A stretch of DNA of 64,000 bases from Nannocystis bainbridge (GTDB lineage: Bacteria > Myxococcota_A > Polyangia > Nannocystales > Nannocystaceae): NCBI RefSeq assembly GCF_028368995.1, contig NZ_JAQNDL010000003.1, positions 160,001-224,000 on the forward strand, read 5' to 3'. The translations under genes and the position numbers were made by a program. Position 1 is the first letter of the stretch; each line of letters opens with the position of its first letter. Under the pieces are notes generated by a model that did not search any database, was not told the DNA's origin, and saw nothing but the letters and a program-made list of their open reading frames with translations. This document shows, in pieces, positions 38,204-48,886 of this stretch.

Positions 38204-38554
38204 ATGCGGGTATATGCACCCCTCTCCATCGTGTTCGGTTGGTCCCTGGCCGCTTGTGGCGAAGACCCGGCCGAACCTGATCTGGAAGCCATCAGCCGCG
38301 ACTATTGTACCATCGTTCAAGAGTGCAATCCTGCGGCTGCCTTTCCCAGCCAGGAGGAGTGTGAGGCCCACTCCTCGCAGGAATACGCCCTCGCGCGAAA
38401 AGACGATCCCCCGTGCTTCGAAGCGCTCATGAACTGGGAGGCTTGCGTGGGCGCGCTGGAAAATTGCGAAGAGTATGACCTCTATCTATACGCCATGGGC
38501 ACGCAATGCCTGGAGGAACGCGATGAATTCTATAACTATTGCATGGTCATCTAG
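38204..38554 (+). CDS. Small Cys-rich lipoprotein
   Basis: Lipobox SLAAC and 8 further Cys. GAGG RBS, 3 bp after the previous stop. Visibly lower GC. Confidence 0.8.
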   Translation: MRVYAPLSIVFGWSLAACGEDPAEPDLEAISRDYCTIVQECNPAAAFPSQEECEAHSSQEYALARKDDPPCFEALMNWEACVGALENCEEYDLYLYAMGTQCLEERDEFYNYCMVI

Positions 38555-38969
38555 GATATTGACCGCAGCCTTCGTAATGTTCACCGCCTGCGCCGACCGA
38601 GCCCTCGAGGACGGCGCATCGGAGAGCTCGACCACCCTCGCCGCGGAGACGGCGGACCCCAGCGAGCATCCCGAGGCCGACACGATCGCGCGGCGCTGCG
38701 CGTGGATCGTCGACTGCCAGTTCGGCTGGGACGAGCGCGCCGAGTGCGAGCGCGACCACGCGGCGCGCCTCGCCGGCTATCGCGCGGACGACACCGCGTC
38801 GCTCGACTGCGTCCCCGCGACCCTCGATTTCTGGGCCTGCGGCAACGAGGCCACCGACTGCAGGGAGTTCTGGTTCAGCTGGGGGCTGCTCGAACACAAC
38901 GAGCGGTGCGGCGACGCCAAGGAGCGGGTCTGCGAGGCCCGCTGCGGCGGCTGCGTCAGCGACACCTGA
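38523..38969 (+). CDS. Small Cys-rich lipoprotein, paralog of 38204-38554
   Basis: Lipobox MFTAC with the same Cys spacing. Start uncertain. Confidence 0.75.
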   Translation: MNSITIAWSSRILTAAFVMFTACADRALEDGASESSTTLAAETADPSEHPEADTIARRCAWIVDCQFGWDERAECERDHAARLAGYRADDTASLDCVPATLDFWACGNEATDCREFWFSWGLLEHNERCGDAKERVCEARCGGCVSDT

Positions 38970-38975
38970 CGCCGC

Positions 38976-40484
38976 TCATTGCTGGTACCAGTCGTCGAAC
39001 GGTGCCAGCGCCCACAGCACCGTCTTCCACGTCGTGTACGTATCGACCGCCTGCGGCCCGCAGTCGCGGCCGAAGCCTGACGACTTCACCCCGCCGAACG
39101 GCACCTCGACCGGCGTCGGGTTGTAGTTGTTGATCCACACATAGCCCGACTGCAGCTCCTGCGTGCACCGCAGCGCCCGCTGCACGCTCCCCGTCCATGC
39201 CCCGGCCGCCAGCCCGAACTCGGTCGCGTTGGCCAGCGCGATCGCCTCGTCGTCCGTCGTGAACTTCGTGATGGTCACCACCGGCCCGAAGATCTCCTCC
39301 TGGAACACGCGGTGCTCCGGCTTCACCTCTGCCAGCACCGTCGGCAGGTACCAGTGCCCGCGCGCGAAGTGCTGCTCGGCCGGCGGCGGCCCGCCGCACA
39401 GCCGCTTCGCCCCCTCCGCCAGCCCGACCTCCACGTAGTCCGCGACCTTGCGCGCGTGCGCGGCCGAGATCAGCGCGCCCATCTGGCTGCGCTCGTCGAG
39501 CGGCGGCAGCACGCGGATCGCCCGCGCGCGCTCGACCAGGCGGGCCACGAAGCGCTCGTAGATCCCCGCCTGCACGAGCAGGCGGCTGCCCGCGTTGCAG
39601 TTCTCGCCCTGATTATAAAAGATGCCGAACGCCGCGCCGGCGCTGGCGCGCTCGAGGTCGGCGTCGTCGAACACGATGTTGGGTGATTTGCCGCCGAGCT
39701 CGAGCTGCGTCGGTCGCAGCAGATCGGCGCGCGCGTGCAGCACCTTGCGCCCGGTCACCACCCCGCCGGTGAACGCCAGCACGTCGACGTGGGGGTGGCT
39801 CGCCAGCGGCGCGCCGGCGTCGCTCCCGGTGCCGCAGACGACGTTGAACACCCCCGGCGGCACCCCAGCCGCCAGCGCCAGCTCGGCCGCCGCCAGCATC
39901 GTCAGGCTCGTCAGCTCGCTGGGCTTGAGCACCACGCTGCAGCCGCTGCACAGCGCCGGCGCGAACTTCCACGCGCCGACGTACAGCGGGAAGTTCCATG
40001 GCGTGATCTGCCCGACCACCCCGGCCGGCTCGCGGATCACCGTGGCGAAGCTGTTGCCCGGCACGCGCGTGGTCTGCCCGAACAGCTGCGACGCCAGGCC
40101 GGCGTAGTACTCGAGGATCTCCGCGGTGCCGACGATGTCGGCGCGGGCCTCGGCGATCGGCTTGCCGCTGTCGCGCGTCTCGAGCCACGCCAGCGCCTCG
40201 GCCTCGTCGCGGATCGCCCGCGCGAACGCCCACAGCACGCGCCCGCGGTGGGCCGGGTCGGCGCGCGACCAGGCGCCGGCGACGAAGCTGGCGCGCGCAG
40301 CCCGGACCGCGCGATCGATGTCCTCGGCGCCACCCGCGGGGATCGTGGCGAAGATCTCGCCGGTGGCCGGGTCCTCGACGGGCAACGTCGCGCCGCCCGT
40401 CGACGGCACCACGCGGCCGTCGATCACGTGGCCCTGAGGGTGGAGGAAGCGCGCGGCGCCGGCGGGGATCGTGGCAGTGCTCAT
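38976..40484 (-). CDS. Aldehyde dehydrogenase
   Basis: ITPWNFP, LKPSE, FTGG, LELGGKSP, NQGENCNAGSR, EEIFGPV, PFGGVKSSGFGR. Confidence 0.96.
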   Translation of the reverse strand: MSTATIPAGAARFLHPQGHVIDGRVVPSTGGATLPVEDPATGEIFATIPAGGAEDIDRAVRAARASFVAGAWSRADPAHRGRVLWAFARAIRDEAEALAWLETRDSGKPIAEARADIVGTAEILEYYAGLASQLFGQTTRVPGNSFATVIREPAGVVGQITPWNFPLYVGAWKFAPALCSGCSVVLKPSELTSLTMLAAAELALAAGVPPGVFNVVCGTGSDAGAPLASHPHVDVLAFTGGVVTGRKVLHARADLLRPTQLELGGKSPNIVFDDADLERASAGAAFGIFYNQGENCNAGSRLLVQAGIYERFVARLVERARAIRVLPPLDERSQMGALISAAHARKVADYVEVGLAEGAKRLCGGPPPAEQHFARGHWYLPTVLAEVKPEHRVFQEEIFGPVVTITKFTTDDEAIALANATEFGLAAGAWTGSVQRALRCTQELQSGYVWINNYNPTPVEVPFGGVKSSGFGRDCGPQAVDTYTTWKTVLWALAPFDDWYQQ

Positions 40485-40580
40485 GAGGACGGCGGCGAGT
40501 CTACCCGTGAAGGCGTCACCGCGGATACCGCCGAACGCCCGGCTCGGGCGACCGCCGCGGGCGCTGGTATCCTCGCCGCC

Positions 40581-40958
40581 ATGGTCACCGAGACGCCCGT
40601 GTTCGCCGCCCTCCTGCTCCTGCTCGTCACGCTGCTGGCCGTGAACACCTCGCTCACGCGCATGCGCCTGCAGATCCGCCTCGGCGACGGCGGCGACGAA
40701 CGCATGACTCGCGCCATTCGCGCGCACGCCAACGCGTTCGAGCATGTGCTGCCATTCGTCCTGCTGCTGTTCTTCTACGAGCAATCGGGCGCCTGCGCGA
40801 CCGCCATTCGCTGGTTCGGCGGGCTGTTCCTGGCGGCGCGGCTCGGCCACGCGATCGGCATGCTGCGCGGCCCGTTCAACCTGCTGCGCTTCGGCGCCTC
40901 GCTCACCGCCGTGCTCGAGGTGTGGCTGGCGCTGTCGCTGCTGCGCAACCTCCTGTGA
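40581..40958 (+). CDS. MAPEG family membrane protein
   Basis: LGDGGDERMTRAIRAHANAFEHV...ARLGHAIG and hydrophobic helices. Confidence 0.9.
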   Translation: MVTETPVFAALLLLLVTLLAVNTSLTRMRLQIRLGDGGDERMTRAIRAHANAFEHVLPFVLLLFFYEQSGACATAIRWFGGLFLAARLGHAIGMLRGPFNLLRFGASLTAVLEVWLALSLLRNLL

Positions 40959-40961
40959 CGG

Positions 40962-42362
40962 TCACTGCGGCAGCCGCAAGTCCAGGAACCCGTCGACCAC
41001 CGCGCGCGAGAGCACGTTCGGCAATGCCGGCACGATCGCCGCGGCCGCCGCCGGCACCTCGTCCGGGTGAATCACCGCGACCTGCACCGCGCGCGCGGAC
41101 TCGTCGAGCAGGAACAGGTAATAACGATCGTCCTGCGCCCGCCGCCACGCCGGGCCCTCGGCCGACGCCGGATCGTCGGCGTCGATCACCGCCCCGTGGT
41201 CCATCGCCGTCAGGCTGTTGACGTCGACCAGATCGGCGTCGCCCGGGAACTGCTCGATGCCGCACGACTCGATCCCGCAAGTCACCCCGCCGAGCGAGCC
41301 GACCTGATACGAGCGAATGCCGGTGCTGATGATGTCGCGGTTGCCCCACTGCGGCCCGGACGCCTCCGGAATCACCTCGAACACGTTGATCTGCCCGCAG
41401 CCATCGCCCAATTGGCCATTGTCGGTATTATTAAAACAATGACATGGGTGGTAGCCCGACCAGCCGTCGCGGTTCAGCTCCGACGGCGACACCCCGATCC
41501 ACGGCGCGTCCTGCTCCCGCTCGTCCTCGCCGTCGGCGATGCAGCTGAGCGGCGACAGCCCGGGATCGTCGGCGTACGGCATCGACGCCAGCAGCACGAC
41601 GAGCTTCGAGCCGGCCCAGCCGTGGTAATCGAGGTCCGACCCGGGGCAGTACGGCTCGCTGCCGGGGCCGCACGGGAACGGCTGCGCCTGCATCGCATAA
41701 TAGGCGCAGTTGTTGCCGAGGTCGCCGAGCAGCTCCTTCGCCCCGTTCGGGCCCGACAGCTGGAGGTTGTACGGCTGGTCCGGGGTGCGGCGGTCCCACA
41801 GCGAGCGGATCGCCCACGGGCCGTCGCTCGGCCCGAGCGGCTGATACACCGCCAGCGCCTTGATGCGCAGCGGCCCCTCGAGCACCAGGTGGAGCTGCTC
41901 GTTGAACGGCGTCAGTCGGTCGGAGGTCACCTCGTGCCGCGTGCGGCAGCAGAACTCGGAGCCCCACCCGAAATCGATGGTCTCCGACTGCACGTCGCAG
42001 CGCGCATCGCCGGGCTCGGCCTCGATCCGGCGGCCCCAGTAGCCGGGCGCGCCGATGTTGGTAAACGTCAGCGTCCCGCCGCGCGTGGGCTCGCCGTCGT
42101 TGTCCGGCTCGACCGGCGGATGCGGCGGCGCGTGCGGCTCGTCGAGGTCGTCCCAGCCGCCCGTGTCGGGCTCGCCCGCCGACGTCGACCCGCCCGCCGA
42201 TGTCGGCTCTCCTGCCGACGTCGGCTCGCCCGCCGAAGTCGGCTCGCCCGCCGAAGTCGGCTCTCCCGCCGACGTCGATCCGCCGGCCGAAGATGGCCCC
42301 CCGTTCGCGCCGCACGCGGTGATCACCGCCAGCAGCGACAGCGCGCGCTGCCAGTCCCTCAC
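40962..42362 (-). CDS. Lipoprotein with fungal TOS1/YJL171C-like (DUF2403+DUF2401) glucanase fold
   Basis: Lipobox VITAC, (TSAGEP)n, LTPFNEQLHLVLEGPLRIKALAVYQP, YHGWAGSK...MP, CHC...GCGQINVFEV. GTGA overlap with the upstream gene. Confidence 0.75.
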   Translation of the reverse strand: MRDWQRALSLLAVITACGANGGPSSAGGSTSAGEPTSAGEPTSAGEPTSAGEPTSAGGSTSAGEPDTGGWDDLDEPHAPPHPPVEPDNDGEPTRGGTLTFTNIGAPGYWGRRIEAEPGDARCDVQSETIDFGWGSEFCCRTRHEVTSDRLTPFNEQLHLVLEGPLRIKALAVYQPLGPSDGPWAIRSLWDRRTPDQPYNLQLSGPNGAKELLGDLGNNCAYYAMQAQPFPCGPGSEPYCPGSDLDYHGWAGSKLVVLLASMPYADDPGLSPLSCIADGEDEREQDAPWIGVSPSELNRDGWSGYHPCHCFNNTDNGQLGDGCGQINVFEVIPEASGPQWGNRDIISTGIRSYQVGSLGGVTCGIESCGIEQFPGDADLVDVNSLTAMDHGAVIDADDPASAEGPAWRRAQDDRYYLFLLDESARAVQVAVIHPDEVPAAAAAIVPALPNVLSRAVVDGFLDLRLPQ

Positions 42363-43798
42363 AGGTCCTCGATGATGGCGAACACGTGGTCGCCGCGGTC
42401 CTGGAACACCGGGCCGTTGACGATGAAGCGGCCGTTCGCGTCGTTGAGCGAGTGGACCTCGGGCCCCTCGCCGGTCGGGATCCACTCCTGATTGGGCTGC
42501 TGTTCATACGACAGCGTGCCGAGCAGCTCCGTCTTGTCCTCCTGGCCCAAATAGCGGTACAGCGTGATCTTGTAGAGTTGCTCGCTCGTCGGGATGTCGC
42601 CCATCGCCGTCCTCGCCGCGCGCAGCTCCGGCCATGTGAAGCCCTCCGCGTGGGCGAAGTTGTAGCCCGCGCGATCGCAGCCGCCCGAGTACGGCTTGTG
42701 GAAGTTGCCCGGCGAGTTGAGGCCCGGCGCCCCGTCGTCCTCCCAGATCGCCACCTCCTCCATCGGCCGGCCCTTGTGGCCCCAATACTTGTGCCCCGGC
42801 GCCCCGGCCGACGCGTAGCCCGGCAGGAACGTCTCCGACGGGTAGTAGGATTCGTTGCCCGGGAACTGCGTGCGCGTGGTCGGCACCGGCGCGCTCGCCC
42901 GGTTGATCGTCACGCACGCGTGATAGTCGTCCCAGCCGTCGTCGTGATTGGCGACGGTGGCCCGCTCCGGCTTCGGCACGTAGACCTTGCCCTCGGGATC
43001 GACGTAGAGGCCGAAGTTGAGCTGCCAGTTCGCCCCGTGGCGCGGCCACTCGAACCCGTGCGAGTCGGGCGCCTCCGGGTTCAGGAAGAACATCGTGTAG
43101 CCGTCGCCCTCGGGGTGCACCACCCACGTGGGCCGAAAGCCGGTGAAGTTGATCGGGTCGTCGGGCAGCGGGTCCTGGTTGTACGTCGAATAGCCGTACT
43201 CGTAGCCCGCGTTGACGTGATAGACGAACGGCCGCATCCCGCCGTTTTCGGCGACGAGCTCCGCCGGATCGTCATTTTCGCCGATCGCCCAGCCCTTGTT
43301 CTTGGCCCCCGGCATCCAGGCGACGTCGTCGGTGACGCCCGCGATCCACGGCACCTCGAAGTCGCTGTCGACGATGTAGTGGGTCTCGGTCTCCTCGATC
43401 GGGAATTCCTTGCCGCACTGGACCGCCGACAGCGTGTAGCTCCACGGCATCGCCGTGATGATCGGATACGGCTGGCCCTCGAACGTCGTGTCGGCGAGTG
43501 GGATCACCCGATAGATGTCCGAGAACGGCGTCGTATTGTCGACGCCGTCGACGCTGCAGCCCGCGGGCGGTGGTTGCCCCGTCCCCCCGGAGCCGTCGGT
43601 CCCGTCGGAGCCGTCGGTCCCATCGGTCGGGTCGGTCCCGTCGGAGCCGGGGTTGCCCCCGGTCGCATCGGTCGCCTCGGTCCCGCCGGTCGCCTCGGTC
43701 CCGCCGGCGCCGTCGGTCTCGTCGCTCGGATTCGTCGCCGAGCATGCGACCATCATCAGCGACACCCACAGGATCCTGCCCTCGACCGCGTTCCGCAT
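42359..43798 (-). CDS. Hypothetical lipoprotein (G/T/D linker + aromatic-rich unknown domain)
   Basis: MRNAVEGRILWVSLMMVAC lipobox, GGTEAT/DGTD repeats, coding-like codon pattern. Confidence 0.8.
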   Translation of the reverse strand: MRNAVEGRILWVSLMMVACSATNPSDETDGAGGTEATGGTEATDATGGNPGSDGTDPTDGTDGSDGTDGSGGTGQPPPAGCSVDGVDNTTPFSDIYRVIPLADTTFEGQPYPIITAMPWSYTLSAVQCGKEFPIEETETHYIVDSDFEVPWIAGVTDDVAWMPGAKNKGWAIGENDDPAELVAENGGMRPFVYHVNAGYEYGYSTYNQDPLPDDPINFTGFRPTWVVHPEGDGYTMFFLNPEAPDSHGFEWPRHGANWQLNFGLYVDPEGKVYVPKPERATVANHDDGWDDYHACVTINRASAPVPTTRTQFPGNESYYPSETFLPGYASAGAPGHKYWGHKGRPMEEVAIWEDDGAPGLNSPGNFHKPYSGGCDRAGYNFAHAEGFTWPELRAARTAMGDIPTSEQLYKITLYRYLGQEDKTELLGTLSYEQQPNQEWIPTGEGPEVHSLNDANGRFIVNGPVFQDRGDHVFAIIEDL

Positions 43799-44067
43799 GC
43801 ATGCAGCGTATCGGACCGCGCAGACCGGCGGAAGCACGAAAAGCGAGCGCGGGAGGTGTGATACGCACCCTCGGCAAAGAGGTCTATCGCCACCCATGGC
43901 GGCAAATCGTGGGCTGCGGCCTCCAGACGTCTGCGCGAGCGGTCGGTCCTTACCCCTGCGGCTGCTCGGCCATCGCCCGAGCGCGATACTCGGTGATTCC
44001 ATGCACCGCGGAGCCGCGACCTCGCGCGGGCGCACCATTGGGGGCACCGCGCTCGCCTGCACGATCC

Positions 44068-44988
44068 TCAGCGCCTTCGCTGCGGCTTCGTGGGGAACAG
44101 CGCCGCTACCCGCTCGCGCAACCACTTGTGAGCCACGTCGTCCTGGCGCGACGCCGCGTAGAGCAGCCCGAAGCGGACCTCCGGCAGCTCGAGCGGCGGC
44201 GCGAACGTCACCAGCGGCGCGTGGCGGACGTACTCTGTCACCAGGCTGCGCGGGGCCGTCACCAGCAGATCGGTGCGGGCCGCGATCGCCAGCGCCGTCT
44301 GGAAGCACGGCGTGCGCAGCACCACCCGGCGCGCGCGGCCGAGGCTCGCCAGGTGATTGTCGACCACCCCGCCCGGCAGCGCGCGCGGGGCCACCAGCAC
44401 GTGGCGGGCCGCCAGATAGCGCTCGAGCGTCAGCCGCCCCGGCGCGTGCTCGGCCGCGATCGCCACCACGAACGGGTCGCGCAGCAGCGGCCGCAGCATC
44501 AGCCCGCCGCGCTCCGAGAACGAGGCCCCGAGCGCCAGGTCGGCCTCGCCGCGCTGGACCACGTCCTCGACCGCGTCGCCCACGATCTGCGTCACCACGT
44601 CGATGCCCGGCGCCTCGCACGCCAGCGCCGTCAGCAGCCGCGGCAACACCACCAGCTCCGCGTAGTCGGCCGCGATGATGCGAAAGCTGGCCTTCAGCGT
44701 CGCCGGGGCGAACCCCTCGCCGGCCTGGAACACCCGGCCCACGGCCGCCAGCGCCTCCGCCAGCGGCCCGCGCAGCGCCAGCACCCGCTCGGTCGGCGCC
44801 AGCTTGCGACCGACGCGCACGAACAGCGGATCGCCGAGCGCCGCCCGCAGCCGCCGCAGCGCGTGGCTGATCGCGCTCTGCGTCAGCCCGAGCTCTCGGG
44901 CCGCGCGGACGGTGCTGTGCGTGCGCAGCAGGACGTCGAGCACGCGCAGGTGGCCCAGATCGATCCCCGACGTATGAACCAGATTCAT
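44068..44988 (-). CDS. LysR family regulator (NodD/MexT-like)
   Basis: DLGHLRVLDVLL..STVRAARELGLTQSAISHALRRLRAALGDPLFVR. Confidence 0.95.
   Translation of the reverse strand: MNLVHTSGIDLGHLRVLDVLLRTHSTVRAARELGLTQSAISHALRRLRAALGDPLFVRVGRKLAPTERVLALRGPLAEALAAVGRVFQAGEGFAPATLKASFRIIAADYAELVVLPRLLTALACEAPGIDVVTQIVGDAVEDVVQRGEADLALGASFSERGGLMLRPLLRDPFVVAIAAEHAPGRLTLERYLAARHVLVAPRALPGGVVDNHLASLGRARRVVLRTPCFQTALAIAARTDLLVTAPRSLVTEYVRHAPLVTFAPPLELPEVRFGLLYAASRQDDVAHKWLRERVAALFPTKPQRRR
44974..44988. promoter_or_regulatory. Candidate LysR box ATGAA-CCAGA-TTCAT (T-N11-A)
   Basis: Inverted repeat overlapping the LysR start, about 60 bp upstream of the divergent gene. Confidence 0.6.
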
Positions 44989-45046
44989 GGCTGACATGAC
45001 GACGATGAGCTTCATGATGCCATGCTCCGGGCGCACAGTCGTGGCC

Positions 45047-45673
45047 ATGACGACCACCAAGCTGCTCGCGCCCGCCCTGCTGACCGCCGCCTTCGCCCTC
45101 GCCTGCGCCCATGGCTGCGACGGCGACGACACCGAGAACCCCGAGGCCGCCCCCGACATCGCCGGCACGTGGGTCGGCGACTGCCTGCCGAGCCCCCAGG
45201 CCGACGGCTCGACCCAGTACCTGCGGCTCGAATTCGCCATCACGGGCGACGCCTGGAAGCTCGACTACGTCACCCACGCCGACGACGCCTGCGCCACCAA
45301 GCTGGCGACCGTGCACATCGAGGGCCCCTACGCGCTGCAGCAGCCCTCGAGCGCGGTGGAGGGCGCATGGGAGGCCCGGTTCGGCTTCACCACCAAGACG
45401 ATCCGCCCCGAGGTCGACGGCCTGCGCGACTACCTCAATTCACTCGAAGGCTGCGGCGCCTCCGAGTTCGCCACCGGCGTCGCCCAGGACGTCCTGACGA
45501 CCGGCTGCGCGGGCTTCGGCCAGTACCCGGGCGCCGACTGCCCGGCCGACTTCGACCTCGTGAAGCGCGACGGCGACGACCTGTTCTTCGGCGCCCGCCC
45601 GGCCGACAACGACATGTGCACCGCCGGCAAGCGCCCGACCGCGCTGAGCCCCGTCGCCAACCACCGCCGCTGA
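45047..45673 (+). CDS. APCDD1-domain lipoprotein
   Basis: Lipobox, GTWVGDC...YVTHADDAC...EGPY...SSAVEGAWE...CGA..F..GVAQDV...GC...LFFGARPAD...KRPT, matching my recollection of the APCDD1 domain pattern. Confidence 0.8.
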   Translation: MTTTKLLAPALLTAAFALACAHGCDGDDTENPEAAPDIAGTWVGDCLPSPQADGSTQYLRLEFAITGDAWKLDYVTHADDACATKLATVHIEGPYALQQPSSAVEGAWEARFGFTTKTIRPEVDGLRDYLNSLEGCGASEFATGVAQDVLTTGCAGFGQYPGADCPADFDLVKRDGDDLFFGARPADNDMCTAGKRPTALSPVANHRR

Positions 45674-45917
45674 GCGCCGAGCGACCCTCCCATCGGCCGG
45701 CGCGCCGGTTCGCGGGTCACCCCACGCGGCGCGCGTCCTCGACCTGCGAGTTCACCTCGCGCAGCGTCGGGGAGACGAATGGCGGCTCGCCCGAGGTTAG
45801 AATGAGTCGTGCGCCACGAGATACTCGCGGGCTGCTTCACCTCGGCCGTCACACTCGGGCGATGAAGCCCGCGCTGCGCTCGATCGACCGTCCCGCCTGA
45901 ATCTCGGCGCGGCCCGA

Positions 45918-47081
45918 TCAGGGCTCGAGGCAGACGGTGGTGTAGCCGGAGCCGCCGAGGTAACCCCAGCCGGACGGGCAGATCAGGGCCTCGTCGGCGA
46001 CGGACTCGGGCCAGGTCTGGCTGTTGGTGTTGCGGGTGAGGTTGATGATCGCGCCAGGGTTGGCCTCCGCGCAGGCGGTGGCCCAGCCGGAGCCGCCGAG
46101 GTAATCCCAGCCGGCGGCGCACATCTCGGCCTCGTCGTCGACGGTCTCGGGCCATGTCTGGCCGTCTTCGCTGCGGGTGAGGTAGGCGAGGGCGAGGCCA
46201 TCGCTGCCGGCGCACACCGTGCTGTCGCCGGAGCCGCCGAGGTATTCCCAGCCGGGCGGGCACATGTCGGCCTCGTCGGTGACGGTCGCGGGCCAGCTCT
46301 GGCCGTCGACGTTGCGGGTGAGGCTGACGATCGAGCGCGCCTCGGCGGTGCTGCAGGCGGTGGCCCAGCCGGAGCCGCCGAGGTAATCCCAGCCGGGCGG
46401 GCACATGTCGGCCTCGTCGGCGACGGTCTCGGGCCAGGTCTGGCCGTCGACGTTGCGGGTGATATAGATGGTCGTGAGCCGCTGGTCGCTCATGCACATG
46501 GTGGCGAAGCTGTTCCCGCCGAGGTAGGTCCAGCCGGCCTCGCACATGTCGGCCTCGTCGGTGAGGATCTCGGGCCAGGTCTGGCCGTCGACGTTGCGGG
46601 TGAGGTTGATGATCGTGCCGGGGGCGTCGAGCAGGCACACAGTGGCGAAGCTCGAGCCGCCGAGGTAGGTCCAGCCGGCCTCGCACATGTCGGCCTCGTC
46701 GGTGAGGACTTCGGGCCAGGTCTTGCCGTCGACGTTGCGGGTGAGATAGGCGACCAGCGACGCGGCCGCGGGCGGCTCGCCGGTCTCGCCGGTCGGATCA
46801 CCGGTGCCGGGCTCGGTCGCGGTGCCGGGCTCGGTCGCGGTGCCGGGCTCGGTCGCGGTGCCGGGCTCGGTCGCGGCGCTGGTCGTCGGTCCACCGTCGC
46901 TGTCCGTACCCGTCGAACCTTGCGTGGGGTCGTCGTCGGTGGTGCCGCCGGGCGTGGTCGAGGGGCCGGGCGTGCCGGTGGCGGTGGGGTTGGTGGTGGT
47001 GGCCCCAGTGAGGTCGGGGCCGTCGTCGCCGCAGGCGGAGCCGAAGATGAGCACGAGGGCGAAGGTGTGTCGGGGGGCCAT
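45918..47081 (-). CDS. Lipoprotein with six 47-aa tandem repeats
   Basis: Lipobox FGSAC, (TATEPG)x4, and repeats LTRNVDGQTWPE..DEADMC..GW.YLGGS...T.C at a 141-bp period. Confidence 0.88.
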   Translation of the reverse strand: MAPRHTFALVLIFGSACGDDGPDLTGATTTNPTATGTPGPSTTPGGTTDDDPTQGSTGTDSDGGPTTSAATEPGTATEPGTATEPGTATEPGTGDPTGETGEPPAAASLVAYLTRNVDGKTWPEVLTDEADMCEAGWTYLGGSSFATVCLLDAPGTIINLTRNVDGQTWPEILTDEADMCEAGWTYLGGNSFATMCMSDQRLTTIYITRNVDGQTWPETVADEADMCPPGWDYLGGSGWATACSTAEARSIVSLTRNVDGQSWPATVTDEADMCPPGWEYLGGSGDSTVCAGSDGLALAYLTRSEDGQTWPETVDDEAEMCAAGWDYLGGSGWATACAEANPGAIINLTRNTNSQTWPESVADEALICPSGWGYLGGSGYTTVCLEP

Positions 47082-47235
47082 GGGCCCGTCTACAGCGATC
47101 GGTCGGGCCGCGCAAGCCGAGTCACCCGCGGTCGCAGCGGGCGAGCGCGGTCGGGTCCCACACGAGACGAGCCCCGGCTTACCCGATATGTCAGGGTCAC
47201 CCCCTGCGATCTGCAATGGCGCGCCCGCGCGATCC

Positions 47236-48627
<1,392 letters not shown>

Positions 48628-48870
48628 GATGGTCGTTCCTCTCGGCTGCCGCGCGTGACGGCGGCGGACGATACCGCCGGCGAGGACACCCGGTCGAGGC
48701 CGGCGCGCGTCGTCCTGGCCGCAGCGCTCGTCGGCGCCGCGGACGCCGGACGCGCCCGCACGACGGCCAGCCACCGCTTCGATCTCGGCCCCGGGGAACC
48801 ACGTCGAGCAGCGCAAGGCGCGGCGGCATCGACGCCCCCGCGACGCACGAGCACGGGCCCCTCGGCCCAT

Positions 48871-48886
48871 CTGTCCCGAAGGACAG
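48871..48886. repeat. Palindrome CTGTCC-CGAA-GGACAG
   Basis: Same core as at 14141, intergenic. Confidence 0.7.

Noticed and set aside
43799-45316. N-terminal half of the 985-aa ORF 42359-45316
   Set aside because: It overlaps the LysR and APCDD1-like genes. The real protein starts at the lipoprotein signal at 43798.
45930-46760. 141-bp periodic DNA repeats as a CRISPR-like or non-coding array
   Set aside because: The period is a multiple of 3 and in frame, so these are protein repeats.
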